Positions 26,867 through 40,350 of a stretch of 64,000 nt of DNA are shown piece by piece. Both the position numbers and the translations under genes were made by a program. The notes below the pieces were generated by a model. That model was not told the DNA's origin and searched no databases. It saw only the letters and a program-made list of their open reading frames with translations. The stretch lies in the NCBI RefSeq assembly GCF_011386835.1, contig NC_088798.1, positions 34,534,001-34,598,000 on the forward strand, written 5' to 3'. The stretch is from Chrysemys picta bellii (Eukaryota). The first letter of the stretch is position 1, and every line of letters begins with the position of its first letter.

Positions 26867-27640
26867 TAGGGTTGCCATACATCTGTATTTTCCCAGACAT
26901 GTCTGGCTTTTTAGTTCTTAAATTGCCGTCCAGGAGGAATTTTTAAATATCTAAAAACGTCCGGGAAAATACGGATGTATGGTAACCCTAGATGGGAGCT
27001 GCTGGAGCCACGGAGCAGGGCTTGCAGGCACCGGCAGCGTGCAGAGAGCCCTCCACATACACCCTGACCCGACCCTAAGAGCCAGAGGGACCTGTCGGGG
27101 GGCGAGGTGGGGAGTCCCGGCAGTGCTTACCCGGGGTGGCAGGAGGGAGCTGATGCAGCATGTGGAGACCCCCTCTGCCTCTGTGCCTAGGGCTGCCCAC
27201 ACTGCAGGGTGAAGAGGCGAGCGGTGAGGGAGCCAGCAGTGGGCGGGAGGGTGAGGAGGCGGGCGGCAAGCCAGCGGCAGGCGGGGGTGGGGGTGAAAAG
27301 GGCAGCGGCCGTTGAAGAGGCGAGTGAGCAAGTGGCGGGTGGGTGGGTGGGCGGGAGTGACGAGCCAGCGGCAGGCGGGGGTTCTTGGGCCGGGCATGGG
27401 GACTTCTGGCAGGGGCGTGAGGAGGTGAGTGGCAGGAGGCAAGCGGTGGGTGGGGGACTGAGGAGGGCTGCAGCAAGCCAGCGGCAGACCAGGGGGTGAG
27501 GAGGGGTGCGGTGACGGGGCTGAGTGGGGAGGGGGCGGGACCTGGGGCAGAGTGTGGGAGGAGTGGGGGTGGACTGTGGGTGGGGCAGCCACCCTCCGTG
27601 GAGTGTCCTCTTTTTTGAATGTTCAAATATGGTAACCCTA
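26867..27640. mobile_element. Blackjack-like TAGGG..CCCTA element, same family as 2648-3470
   Basis: TAGGGTTGCCATA / TATGGTAACCCTA termini; flanking duplication TATATTC. Confidence 0.8.
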
Positions 27641-28246
27641 TATATTCGCTTTTAATAAAATAAATATTTTAAATTTGCTGTTGCAGCATTAATGTTACAT
27701 TGCTGAAACAAGCATCATATAGAATATGAGACATCAATATTGCAGTTTCTATAGTGTTCAGAAGTAGGCAAGGAACAAATTAAAATTGGAAAACATTTAC
27801 TGTTTCAACAATCACCTCAGCATCAGATAAGAGAATCAATTACACATCTTATGGCGAACAGTTTTTTTTTAAAATTAATCTGGTATAAGGCAACTTTATT
27901 CCTGCAATTAAATCAACAGAGATGGGCTCTTGTACTTACCAGAATAAGGGGCTGTGCACACAGATCCAGTTGAAGTTTGGGGATCTAAGAGTCTATATTA
28001 TATTTAATCCATTAATATGAACAGAACCAACATATAAATTAGAACTTAATTTAGTAATTTTGGCCATTTTACTTTTAAGAGTATTACAACTGCTAGAGAA
28101 ATTGCAGAATAAATCAAGGCAAATGTAAAATTCCCCTCTTCAGCACAGAGGAAGACAACCTAAAACCCAAGTATTACAAATTGAAGAATTTTTGTAACAA
28201 TCAGAAAGTAGAAAGCGTTGCATACAAGTTTCAGTTTTGCACTTAC

Positions 28247-28303
28247 CCATATCAACTGCATCTCTGATTGAAGAAGAGTTTGATCCTGCGATGAACAGTT
28301 TTG
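28247..28303 (-). CDS. GCLM: GCLM exon 4 (AKLFIAGSNSSSIRDAVDM)
   Basis: 57 nt; cag acceptor and GTAAGT donor; frame continuous with exons 3 and 5. Confidence 0.95.
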
Positions 28304-28794
28304 CTGCACACCAAAGAAATGTGAGTTAATACCTAAAACCAGCTCCAACTGTTAGAGAATATACAGCAAAATATACAGTGCAGTTACATTTCCAGCTATG
28401 TACTAGCATTGTATCAATCCTACATTTTGGCAAAATCTAATAAAGAGTGCTTAGGACACATGCCAGCCTCTTAAGGAACTGAGAGATGTTTAAAAGTGGT
28501 GTTCTAAAAGGTGAAACAGAACTGTAGTTATTATGTTTTGGAGATATCTTCAGAAGTCTCTTAAGACAGGAGGTTACCTAATAAGGGTAGTCTCTTGTAC
28601 AGGTGAAACAGAGATGTAAGTGTTTTGGTACTTTAAGCAACAATCATAATGACAAGTTTGTTTTTAAAACAGTTAACCTCATAGAACCAACAGTCCTCCC
28701 TCCCCAACTTACCGAGGCTCAAAATTTAACATTTCTCTCTATAGTTTGGCCTTCCCCCCTCAAATTCATCATATTCCACTGGATAGATCATTAA

Positions 28795-29085
28795 AAAAAA
28801 CAACGAGGAGTACTTGCAGACTTCACCTTATAGACTTCATCCCGTTTATAGCCCATTTCAATTGATTTGTCTTGACCCTCCACTGGGTAAGGCAACTCCC
28901 ATCTTTTCATGTACTGCTATATATATATATATATCTTCCTACTGTATTTTCCACTCCATGCATCTGATGAAGTGGGTTTAGCCTACGAAAGCTTATGTCC
29001 AAATAAATTTGTTAGGCTATAAGGTGCCACAACAACTCCTCGTTGTTTTTGCTGATACAGACTAACAGGACTACCATTCTGTAAC
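28795..29085. mobile_element. Penelope-like pseudo-LTR fragment with inverted ends, in GCLM intron 3
   Basis: AAAAACAACGAGGAGT and its reverse complement near 29035; shares the GTGGCACCTTA..CTAACAAA block with 60129. Confidence 0.75.
28960..28998 (+). ncRNA. Minimal type I hammerhead ribozyme motif, slightly degenerate
   Basis: GCAU-CUGAUGA-A-GUGGG UUUAG CCUAC-GAAA-GCUU-AUGU. Confidence 0.55.
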
Positions 29086-29769
29086 CTGGATAGATTATAA
29101 TAGAATTGTGCCTCCAGTATTAGTCTTTAATTACAGGATTTACTAGTCATTTTTTGGACAACCCTGGTGTTAAAGGAAAAAGGAGGCAAAGGTTTGCAAA
29201 AATGCAATTAAAATCTGCTTGGGGAAGGTGGAGTAATTAAAAGCTGTATAGAGTATCTAGACATGTTAATGCAGGTCTTAACAGCAGACAAATTCTGACT
29301 CATCCTGAATAAAGATATGAAAGTTTGTACTGCTGTCATCTGGCTTATCAGGCACTGAAGGGTAACATTTATGGATATTCTGCTTTTAACAACAGCACAT
29401 GGGTCCTTTCTATAACACTATCTGAAGATTTATTCTTGTACTGCCCATGAGGGTATCAATAGAAATATTAGGTGCACTCACACACTTTAAAAAAAAAAAA
29501 AGATACAGCCAGAACCTTGGGTCTAGCAAAGCCAGTTACAGAAGTCTTTGTGCCACCCTTATGCTCCCCAACAATTCTCAGAGATGCCAGGAGCCACTTC
29601 ATCCCCAATGCAATGTAGGGAAGCCTCAAAGCTTCCTTAAGAACTAGCTTATACAGTTTGAGCACCAATTTAACTAAATCCATTTAGAAACGGTTTTAAT
29701 TAAGTCAATGAAACTCACTGGTGTGGGCTCTCAAACTGGTCTAAGAGTGCCTTACTTTGATTTAGTGTA

Positions 29770-30624
29770 GGGCTTGTCTACACTACAAAAATTAGGTCGG
29801 CTTAATTTAGGTCGACCAACAACCACTGCGGTAATTCAATCAGCTGTTGGTGTCCACACAACCCTCCTTCTGCCGGCAGTGCACATCCTTACCAGGAGCA
29901 CCTGCACCAACTGAAGTGGGGCATTGCAGTACACCGACAGCTGAGTGTGGGGTTCACAGCTGGAGCCCCCCACCTACCTTGAGGTGACAGCCAGCACTGT
30001 GAGCCTGGCTGAGGCTCAATTTCACAGCATGGAGCCTGCCAAAAGTGAAATTTACATTCTTGCAATTTCATGGCTGCCTCAGATCAAAGCAGCAGGGGCT
30101 CCCAGCCAGAGCCCGGAAATTAACAAGAATGTCAATTTCATTGCTGATAGGCTTCCTGCTTTGAAATTGATCCCCAGGCTGGGCTCACAGCTCAAGCTAT
30201 CAGTCTGGGATGGGGATCCAGCTGAGAATCTGGCACTGGGCTGATAGCTGAGGGAGGGGCAGCTGTGAGCATGGTACCAGGCTCAATTTCACAACAGAGA
30301 GCCTACCAGCAGTGAAATTAACATTCTTGTCAATTTCAGGGCTCCAGCTGTGAGTCTCTTCCCCCTCCCAGAGTAGAGAGAATAGCAGCCATGAAACTGA
30401 GAAGAATGACAGCCAACCCCCGACGTGAGTGACAGCAGCCTCAACAGGGACACTGCGTCACCCTAACTATATCCACATAAACACTACATCTCTTGTGGAG
30501 GTGAAGTTATGATGTCAGTGTAGCAGGCCACTTACTTCAGCAGAAGCAGCATTCTAGACACTGACATAATTAGGTAGACATAAGCTGCCTTATGTCGCCC
30601 TAACTCTGTAGGGTAGACCAAGCC
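29770..30624. mobile_element. Harbinger-type non-autonomous element
   Basis: GGGCTTGTCTACACTA / TAGGGTAGACCAAGCC termini. Confidence 0.7.
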
Positions 30625-31777
30625 TCAGTTTTGTTAAAAACTAAGAGTATGTCTACATATAAACCTCTTCAGCTCCTCAGTGAAGACATTACCTACCCCA
30701 CCTGGGTGGGGGAAGGTGGAGGTCTCCCATCAGAGTAGGTACTCCACCACCACAAGAGACAGAATTCTCCCATCGACCTAGCACTGTCTGCACTGCATCA
30801 TTTCACACCCCTGAGCAAGAGTCATACCAACCTAACTTCCTAGCACAGACCAGACCTAAGGATTTAGTTCAACTGCTGCTCAAGCTACATGTATACCAGC
30901 CCCTTGCAGCAACAGACCCAAAGACTGTTCCAGCAGCTAAGGATTGCTGGAGCAGTGCTATCCCACATACCGTATATCAATTTAGTTACATGAATGCAAA
31001 TCTCACCAGCCTAAGAGTGTTTATCAGGAGGATTCACCCATTAACTAAATCCATTTCTAAACCAATTTTGTTAAATCAATACAATTTGCCCAAGTAGACA
31101 TGACCTGCCTGAGACAGAGAAATCAAATGACTTGACCAAAGTGAGTCAAAAAGATGGGAATGGAATTCTAGTATTTTGAATCTCACTGTATATCTACATG
31201 GGGATAAAAAGCCCTGGAGCATGGCTGCAGCTGGCCTGGGTCACTTGCAGGGCTTGAGCTCAGGGGACTAAAAATTGCTGTGTAGATGTTGGGTGGGAAC
31301 CCAAGCTTTCAGATCCTCCACCCTCTCAGGGACCCTGAGCTTAGGCTCTAGTCCGAGCCTGAACCTCTACACAGCAATTTTTCAGACACAGAACCCAAGC
31401 TCCACAAGCTCAAGTCAGCTGACCTGGGCCACCCACTGTTTTTCTTATCCTGTGCAGACATACTCTCAATCACATTTGAACAGTAGGGCACATGATGTCT
31501 CATCAGGTTACTCAGTATGTCCTTTTCCAGAATTTCTTTTCCTCTCTCATTTCCACTCTCCTCTTTTCCTCCTCGTCCCATCCCAGAAACACGCTTCTCT
31601 ATTTAATTAATATTCATGAAGAAACTTAAGACACAAGCCCTGCTCCCACTGAACAGATCCTGCTATAAAACCCAAGTAAACAAGCCTGCTAGCCAGAGCA
31701 AAGCTATTTAGTTCTTTTAAGTTCCCTAAATTTAAAGTATATTCTGCAAAGCAAGAGTACATTTTTTCATTCCTTAC

Positions 31778-31862
31778 CTGACACTTTCAATTCTTCCCTT
31801 TCTTCAGGATTTATCTTTTCCATTGCCTGATCTACATTACATTCCAGGACATCTGGCATTTC
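31778..31862 (-). CDS. GCLM: GCLM exon 3 (EMPDVLECNVDQAMEKINPEEREELKVS)
   Basis: 85 nt; cag acceptor and GTAAGG donor. Confidence 0.95.
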
Positions 31863-34202
31863 CTGAAGTAAATACATAACATTTAGGAGCAGTTTGTCAA
31901 TATTAGAAAGTTAATAATCCTCTGAAGAATGCATTAACTGTTACAACAAAAGCCTTATACCAGGATAAAAAAAAAAAAAAAATCAGCATAAAATACAATA
32001 AAGGAAGTAACTTAGTGCTTCCACACTTTAGAGGGGCCCAGCCTACTCCAACACCAGAGCAGAGAAGGAGTGGGTAACAGGTAAGAGAAAGGCCACATCT
32101 ACAGTACAGGCACTCCAGCAACACTGCTACAGCACTGCAGCTGTTCTGTTGTAGCACCTTAATGTAGATGTTTTCTATAGCAACTGAATGGGGTTTTTCC
32201 CAGTGGTTTTCAACCTGCGGCCCAATCAGCACACAGCTGCAGCTCATGTGACATCCTCAGAGCCATACAGGTAGTATTGGATGCATCCCGCTATGGTAAA
32301 TTGGTTGAGAACCACTGTTTTTTCCATTGCTATAGGTAATCCACCTCTCTGAGGGGTGGTAGCTAAGTTGACAGAAGAAATCTTCCATCAGCACAGCCAC
32401 ATCTGCCCTGAGGGTTGGGTTCCATAGCTGGGTCAACCTAATTTAAATGTAGACCAAGCCAGAGTTACATAACAAGGTCTATCTCTGCCCTCAAATACAG
32501 ACGTACTTTTGAGGCTGTTAGTAAAGTAGCATATGGCTTCTTGAAAGCCATTCATGTTCTTTCAGCTCCCACAGGGGTCTTTAATATGAAGCTAACCATA
32601 GGAGAAGCTCACACATACAGGGCTGCAGGCTCATGCAGCAGCCAACTGGCCAAGATTCTCTTCTCTCCTCCCATAACGCTGAGCTAAGCTACAAGAAATG
32701 TCTAACTGGGCTCATCGGGGGACATCATCCCTTCACCTACCATGCTGCTGTCCTCAAGTCAAGGGAGAGGGAGCCAAGAGCAAAATCCCCAGAAGAAAAA
32801 TTAGAAATAAAATATTTTGGAAGCCCTACGTATGGTTCCACAGTTAAGGTTTATCTGAGCTTTGAACTTAAAGCAACAAATGCAACATATCCCCTGCAAT
32901 TTACAGAACTTCCTTGGAACATGAAGTTTCTGAGAGTTCACTAGTAAATTAATTTTTTTATTACTTAAAATTAAAATTAACCTTAACTTAAAAATAAATC
33001 CTTTAAAACAACTGTGCACCAGGTGCTAGACCATGTTTTGGGAAACAAAATACTGGGAAACTTTCCATACAGTTAAAACTTACTGAAACTTAATATATCA
33101 ACTACATTTGAAGAAAGGAAGAGGGGGATTAGTTTTTTTCCCTCCAGTTATACTTCATAACTGAAAGTTTCTCCTTTAGCACAGGATGAATAATGTTCTT
33201 CTGGAGAATTCGACAAACTGCTCTCTTTCAAATGGCTGCCATTTTTCATTGTTCTAAATGGGACTGACACCAAAGCTGCTCTCAGTTGATGGCCATTTTG
33301 ATAAAGCCATATCTCTCTCTCATCATTCTCAATGGGACAGAGTTTCACTGCCTCCTGACAGTACAGGCCACTAACACAAGGACAGCTTGGCTCTACTCTC
33401 ATTGAGAGCAATGGGAAATGACAGTTATTTTGAGAGAGAAATCAACTCTTCGTGAGCTTTGATGAACTAGACAATTTCATGACCTAGCCTCTGATGAGAC
33501 TGACACCTTCAGTTATGAAAAATGACAAATATAATTAACCATAAATATTTATTTTCAATTCAATTAATTGCTCCACATCTACTCGAGAATGGGCAGGAGA
33601 AAGGGAAAACTAAGAGTGTGTGTACAGGGAAACGTAGGAAGGTGCAAGACGGTATCATTAGCGAGAGAAGAGATTTTCTATCCCAAACTCAGAGTAATCT
33701 TTGTTAAAAAATTGCAGGGAACATTTTAATTTTTTAACCAGGATCTTGGTTTCATGTGTTATCTGAAAGTTGGCACCTCAAACGAAAAGTGTCACTTCTG
33801 AATCAACAACACCACGTCCTGTAGTATTCTAACATTTCACTTAGAGAGAACTCCCTTACAAATAGTGGCCAGGCCTAATTGTTTAGTCTGCATGATCTTA
33901 CAAAACAGATCTATAACTCAGAAACTCCACCATGTTTGCATATACAGGTGCTGCAATTCATTTTCAAGATGAGCTATACTATCTGAGATTTGCCCCAGTA
34001 TGTAATGACAAATCTTGTTTATTAGCCAGGAATTTATGCTGATTAAGTCTTATTTCTGTTGAACAACATAGATTAAACTATCAAAAGCAATATTTGTCTT
34101 TCCAGTAACCTATTTAATTTCACAAGTATTGAACCAAGCTGTGACAAAGGGAAAATATTTGATCAGTTAATTCTATTTGCAAAGAAACTGTAGACCCCTC
34201 AC

Positions 34203-34268
34203 CTGGTTTAGATCGAGGTTGATCTTTGAGCTCCATTCATTCAGCGTTTTTTGAATGCAGTCGCGTAG
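34203..34268 (-). CDS. GCLM: GCLM exon 2 (LRDCIQKTLNEWSSKINLDLNQ)
   Basis: 66 nt; tag acceptor and GTGAGG donor; phase 0/0. Confidence 0.95.
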
Positions 34269-37200
34269 CTATAAAATAACATTTCATTATATTACTAATT
34301 CATTTTTAAGAGTTATGCCACAATTGCACAGGCAAAACAGGTTTATATGAACTTTATATGAAAGTTACAGGAGCTGATTGAGAGAAAAGAGCCAAGGATG
34401 CTATCCACAAAGGCACAGAAAAGATTTTTACTTCAAAGTACTATTTGTTGCTTGTACAAATTAGTTCGGTTCTGCTTATATATCCTATTCTCACTCCTCT
34501 TTTACCAAGAGTTGGTCAGTAGTGGAGGGTACTGCACTTCATAAACTTCTCAGGTCAGTACTGCCTTCACCTAAAAGCACTCCTGAAATCTCAATCTTTC
34601 AGCAAAGAAAGAGCATCTTCCTCTAAGACAATAAAAATCTTGTGTAAGGTAACAATTTAATCAGACATTAGAAGAGCATTATATCTTAACACTGGCATCA
34701 GAGCTTCAAGAACAGTCATAAACCATTCATTAGGTGTCCATCTCCTCAAAGGAAGTGTCTTCTTCCTCTCTTCTAGCGTTTACTAACTGCATTTTTTATT
34801 TATTTTTTTGTACTGTCAGTGCCCCCAGATCATCTATCACCAAAGAGACTAGAATTAGGATCCTATCTTTCAGTAACACTTTCCCTGAGGTCACAGATGC
34901 AGAATTGAACTTACTAGGATTGTGATCATACAACTACACGGATCATATATCATTACTACACATTATTTTATACTGCAGGCTTTGCTTTAGTAAACACATT
35001 ACTAAACAAGAATGTTCTATGGGGCCAGTTATTCTGTGGAGAGCTGGAAAGACAGTAATCGGACATATACAGTACACAACTGATTTGTAAGCCATTGCCC
35101 CATTTTTCTTTTTCGGTTATTTTTAAATCTGTATGGATACTCATACATTTACTACCATTCTATGAACAATTTGCTTCCTGTCTCCCAGGGCAACTTACTC
35201 AAACACAAAGGGCCCAATCTTACCAACAGTTGCATGCTTGAATAGCCAGGGTTTAGGAAAAAAGGCCTACATTAGATTTGGATGAATGATGATTTTAAAT
35301 TGAGTTGGGATATTAGCATGAGCAATAGGCCTAAAGCATGTGACCAAATAGAAAGCCATCATGAGAAAGAGTTGTGGTGTTAAACTTGTAGTAACCCTTC
35401 TAAATACCAGTGTTAACTTATTTAAGGTTTGGGCTGAAGTAACAGAAATAAAATAATGGTTGACTGGGTACCAGGTGCAATAATTGGTTTCATGTATTAT
35501 AAAACACTGCTTCATCTGACCTTAGTTAAGGTCCAATAATTGGCAATGACTTCACTTGTTTATTGAAGGGTATAAAAAAGTTAACTCTTAAAGGGTTCAC
35601 TGTAGAAGCGGATTTACAGTGAAACACAGGGTGCCCTGGCACGGGGCCTCAGGGCCAGGCAGCTGCGGGGGCAGAAGCTTGGTCCTGACGGCTCCTGGGG
35701 CTCCTGCTGCAGGCTCCGCCCCCAACAGCAGCCAAGCTCCTCTGCCTCTTTCCACCCCTCCCCTCAGTGCTTCCCCCACCACCAAACAGCTGTTTGCCGG
35801 CACTCAGGTCACTCGGGGAGGGAGGGGGAGGAGCGGGTCCACACTGCAGTCGGGAGAGGAGGCAGGAAGAGGCAAGGGTGGGGCCTTGGGGAAGGGGGTG
35901 GAATCGGAGCAGGACAGAGCAAAGGAGGGACCCCTGCACTCACCCCCCCCCAGCTCCCTGCCTTGAGACACTCAGGGCAGGGGGCTGGGAGCACCTCCAC
36001 GACCCCAGCCCACATCCCCAGTCCCCTGTCCTGACTCCTGCACCCCCCCACACACTCCCTGCCCTCCCTGACACCTGCACCCCCGCCTCCACATTCCCAC
36101 CTGCACCCCTCGCACCAAATGGGGGCTGCCCCAGGCAAGCACTCCACACCCCAACCCTGAGCCCCCTCCCGCAACATAAGTCCTGGCCAGACCCTGCACC
36201 CCAACGCTTTTTTACATTTTTTTTTTTTTAATTAAGCGCTCTTATCCAAAGCGCTTTACAATAGTTAACTAACGGTACAAACAATATTTGGAAAGATCAT
36301 TAATATTTGGAAAGATCTTGACCGCGTTATATCTGAATTCGTGTTATATCGGGTCGCTTTCTATTGTGGTAGAAATGTACCTGCTAATACCTGCCAGACA
36401 AAGTTGGAGCCAATCAATATGGATTTAAGAACCCCTGGGCTTAGCCTGTTTGTAAGTAATTTGATTAAATACTTGTAAGTGTTGTTACTGTTTGCATGTA
36501 GTAAATAGCTTATTATTTAGGCTGTTTAGAGCAATTGTATAAATACCATTTGTTCTTTGGATTTAATAAAGGAATTTGTGGTTAAATCAGTTTGTGATAA
36601 TACCCTGCATAAATAATAACTCCAACACAGGCCCCAAAAATATAAGTGGGTATCCACAAATGTAAAAGTTTAATATAAGAGACAAGAATATTTGTGAATG
36701 TTAGAGTCTAAAGATTGTTTTATAACCATCTGAAATAGTAAAGAAAGGATAAAAATTCTGCACTAGGTAGACTGCACACAAGTCTCAATAGGTAGGAATT
36801 AGTGCCTCCGGGCGATTACAAAAGAGATGAGGCTGCATTGAGACTGTTCGGGCACAACTTAGGGGAGTGACCCAGGATCCATTTACTTCAGGCGAAGAAA
36901 ACGTACTGCTGAAGGTGTACATTACAAATATTGCTCATTAACAACTCTTCCACCTTCTCACATCCACCAAATAAAATTGGGATTAAGAAAAAACATTTTA
37001 TCCAAGAAATATAGAAATATACCGTGTTTTGTTTACTTTGGCCATCACCTTTGTAAGCGGGTTCTTAAAGTTGGGTTCCTCAGGTCATAACTTGAGGCTC
37101 ACATTTTGTAAAACCTGGGTCAAGTTCTTATCCGAATCAATAAACACCTTCGAATATTAAAGTAGCATTGTTAAAATTTAACTTAATTTTCCACAGTTAA

Positions 37201-39608
37201 TGTTGTTTGTTCATTTTTTGGATTTCAGTCACCTGGAACAGTTAATTCTTATAAACAAAAATAAAAATATTTTCTCTCTCAGGAATTAATAGTAACCTTT
37301 ATCTAACCACAGGTTATGTAAAATGTTGTTGATAAAAGCTAACTCTTCAGCTTAAATTGACCCAATAGCAATGTTAGTTTGCAACTTCAATGAACTGGGT
37401 CCCCTTTTTTGGTGTCAGTTCCGCATTACCTGGGCTTTATCCATAGACTAGACACAACCAGGGCAGCAGCTATACAAACTCCCCCCGAGCTAATTTCTTT
37501 TCTGGAGGGCTCACTCCTGGAATGAGAAGATCATTTGATCTCTATGCTTATTCAGTTCTTAAGCTTTCTATTGAGACTGACAACAAGCATGCCATCTGTG
37601 ATGCAGAAACTTGTCCATTAGGAATTGGTCTGAGACCTCGGACTCACTTCATCGAGGCCACTGAACAGGTGTCATACAGCAACAACTAAATTAGTCACTA
37701 ACTTTAAAAATAAATGTTTCATAATCTCATTACCCACAGTCTGTGCCAGCCAATCACCCTTTTCAGCATTTATCCGTAAGTCTACTCCATTGTACCTCAT
37801 CTTAATAGTTATGAAAAATAACACTTTAGATCAATTAAGGTGCCAATGCTGCTTTCATACAACTATTCTAAAAATCACAATCCCTGTAGTTACTGAACAA
37901 GTCTCAAATTGCTAGATAGCTGCTACCACTACTATTTCTTGTGATAATGCGGAGATAATTTTAATGTATTTCATAGCACACATAAGATCTAAAACCCATG
38001 GCGCTATGCACACCACCTCTAAAGGGTGGCATTCCTACAGTAATCTAATGGGATTAGTTTGGTGCCAAATACATACCACCAAAGGTTATTAAATAGCCCT
38101 GGAGAAACATGGCATACAACAGCTTTAAAATAGTCTGAAGAGTGTTCAAAATTTTAACAAGTGTCAGAAGCTTCTAGTCTTCGAACAGCACAGCAATGAT
38201 TGTAATATTAAGAGGAGTCTCAAAACTAAAACACACATCAAAGTTTCCTAAGAGCTATCACCATCATCATACTGTGCACTATTGCATCATCTTATAATGC
38301 ACAAGGCACAAAGGAATGGTCCTATTTACTTTATAGCCAAAAATATACAACTAAAACTACTCCCTGTGTGAATTCTAGTGTTGTTGCTTGAGCCCCTTTA
38401 TACACATTTTAAAATCCATTAGCACCTTTCCAGAGAACCATGTTTCACTATGGCTCTTATTAGAAAGGTAACACCCTTCTTTCTTGAAACAGATATTAGA
38501 GCAAGGCTGGATACTCTTTGATCCATATCAGTAAAGACCAGAGCTGTAATAGGATTCCATAGCACAATCATGAGGCACATCACAGGCAAAACCAGAACAC
38601 AACATGGTGGCAAATTTTTTATAGTAGATGGATTGTCCTGGAGTCACAGAGTTTGGTCTCCCAGCCTGAAACCAGTCTCCTGGGAGTGACCCTTTTAGTG
38701 TGCCAAACCCTAAGGACCCACACATTTCCACAGTAGCAAGCGCATGGCCTCTATGACTGAGCCTTCAGCACCAACACTCCCTGCAGTAAATCCTGCCAAG
38801 CCAAATTCCTGTGGGAGGCTTGTACTATGCCCCTTAGGGTGCAATGCTCTCAGTGAGTATTTGCTGCATTTTATGTACCATAAGCTAATATCCACAATAG
38901 ACCAAATTCAAAACTAACCTAGGCAACTACAGGTCCACTGAGGTTCACTCACTTATTCAGGAGTCTAGTGTCCTTGGTTGGTAAAGAGGAACCAAATCCT
39001 ACTACTTTACTCAGGTAAGTACTCCTTCCTCTGTCAATAATTAGCTCCTGATGAGGTATGGGGTACTGGTACAAGAAAGGTAGCTGAATTTAGCCCTCCC
39101 TTAACAATTATTAGAGCTGTCCAGAGGGCAACAATTCCTTTCTGCAGCAACTGTTTTAGGTTTCAAAAATTCTGAAACCTTTGGAACATTTTCACCAAAG
39201 GGAGCTGTGCCTGGATGTCTGTTACCAGCTTGTAACCTAAGCACCTGGGATGAGGGAGACCCAGGTTCCAGCCCCTCCTCCAGCCTTAGTCAGGGTGATG
39301 TGGTATGAAGACTCTGCTCTGCAGCAGGGACTTGAGCCATCCGAGGCTAGAGCCCCGATCCTAAAGCTACAGAAGGTGAGTCATCCCCCCTCCTCCCCGG
39401 AAGTGACTGCTCGCAGCACCTCTACCCCAGTGACTGCCACACCTCAAACCCTAGTGGAGAGGGGTGGCAGCGGCTTCATACCCCAGTCACCTCCTCTCCG
39501 TGCGGGCGAGGGGGGTATTTCACAGACACTTCCCCACCCGCCCAGAGCCGCAGCCTGTGTCTGGCCGGCGGCCGGGAGACTTTAGGCCGGCCGGGGGCAG
39601 CCTCTCAC

Positions 39609-39734
39609 CTCCTCGCTGGGGGTGGACGGGCACTTCTTGCGCAGCCGGCCCCAGTTGAGCAGGTTGCCCGTCTGCAGGTTGAGGGTGGCCGCGTGGTCCA
39701 GGAGGATCCTGGCTCTGCCGCTGTCCGTCCCCAT
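39609..39734 (-). CDS. GCLM: GCLM exon 1 (MGTDSGRARILLDHAATLNLQTGNLLNWGRLRKKCPSTPSEE), glutamate-cysteine ligase modifier subunit
   Basis: 126 nt; hallmark LQTGNLLNWGRLRKKCP; donor GAG|GTGAG. Confidence 0.97.
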
Positions 39735-40350
39735 GGGAGCCCGCACTCCGCCCGCCTGTCTCCTTCGCTGGGGTCGGCAGGTTCCCGCGGCCCGGCTCTA
39801 AGGACTCGGAGCCGGCAGCGACTGCTTACGAGGGGGCTCCGGACGACCGGGGCAGGAGGAGCCGGCGGGCTGTGTGCTGGCGGCGGCTGGGGCAGGCTGC
39901 GATTGCCGCTGCCGGCGGCGGTCTCGGCTCCGAGCTCCGGAGGGCGATGACTAAGGAGAAAAAGTGCTTTGTAACCGCGGCTGGTCACATGGCGCTGGGA
40001 CAATGGAGCGGGGCGGGGAGCAGGTGATAGAGCCGCAGGGGAGGGTGTTCGAGCTGCTGCTGGACGGGAGCCGGGAGGCGGAGTCCGGGAGCGAGGGCAG
40101 GCTGGGGCCAGCTGCTCAGGCGCGGCCCTGCTGGCACCAGGAGAGCGGGCGAGAGGCAGAACCAGCCCGCCACCGGTAGGCCTTTGCGGTTAGTGCGCAT
40201 GTCCGAAACATCAGAGCATGCGCAGCCGCGCCATGAAACTTTTGCCCTCATCTGGGCTCTTGTGCCGCTGTCTAGCTGCGTGGGCAGCGCCCTCTGGCTA
40301 CAGTCAGTGCCAGGGGCTGAGCGCTCGCGCCCCGGGCGTCTTCCCAGCCG
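39735..40350 (-). promoter_or_regulatory. GCLM CpG-island promoter/5'UTR with NRF1-like GCGCATG motifs near 40194 and 40216
   Basis: High CpG density directly upstream of exon 1. Confidence 0.7.
39947..39975. promoter_or_regulatory. Antioxidant response element pair: variant ARE GTTACAAAGCA (minus, 39975-39965) and degenerate ARE ATGACTAAGGA (plus, 39947-39957)
   Basis: The first fits RTKAYnnnGCR; the arrangement matches the human GCLM ARE module as I recall it. Confidence 0.65.
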
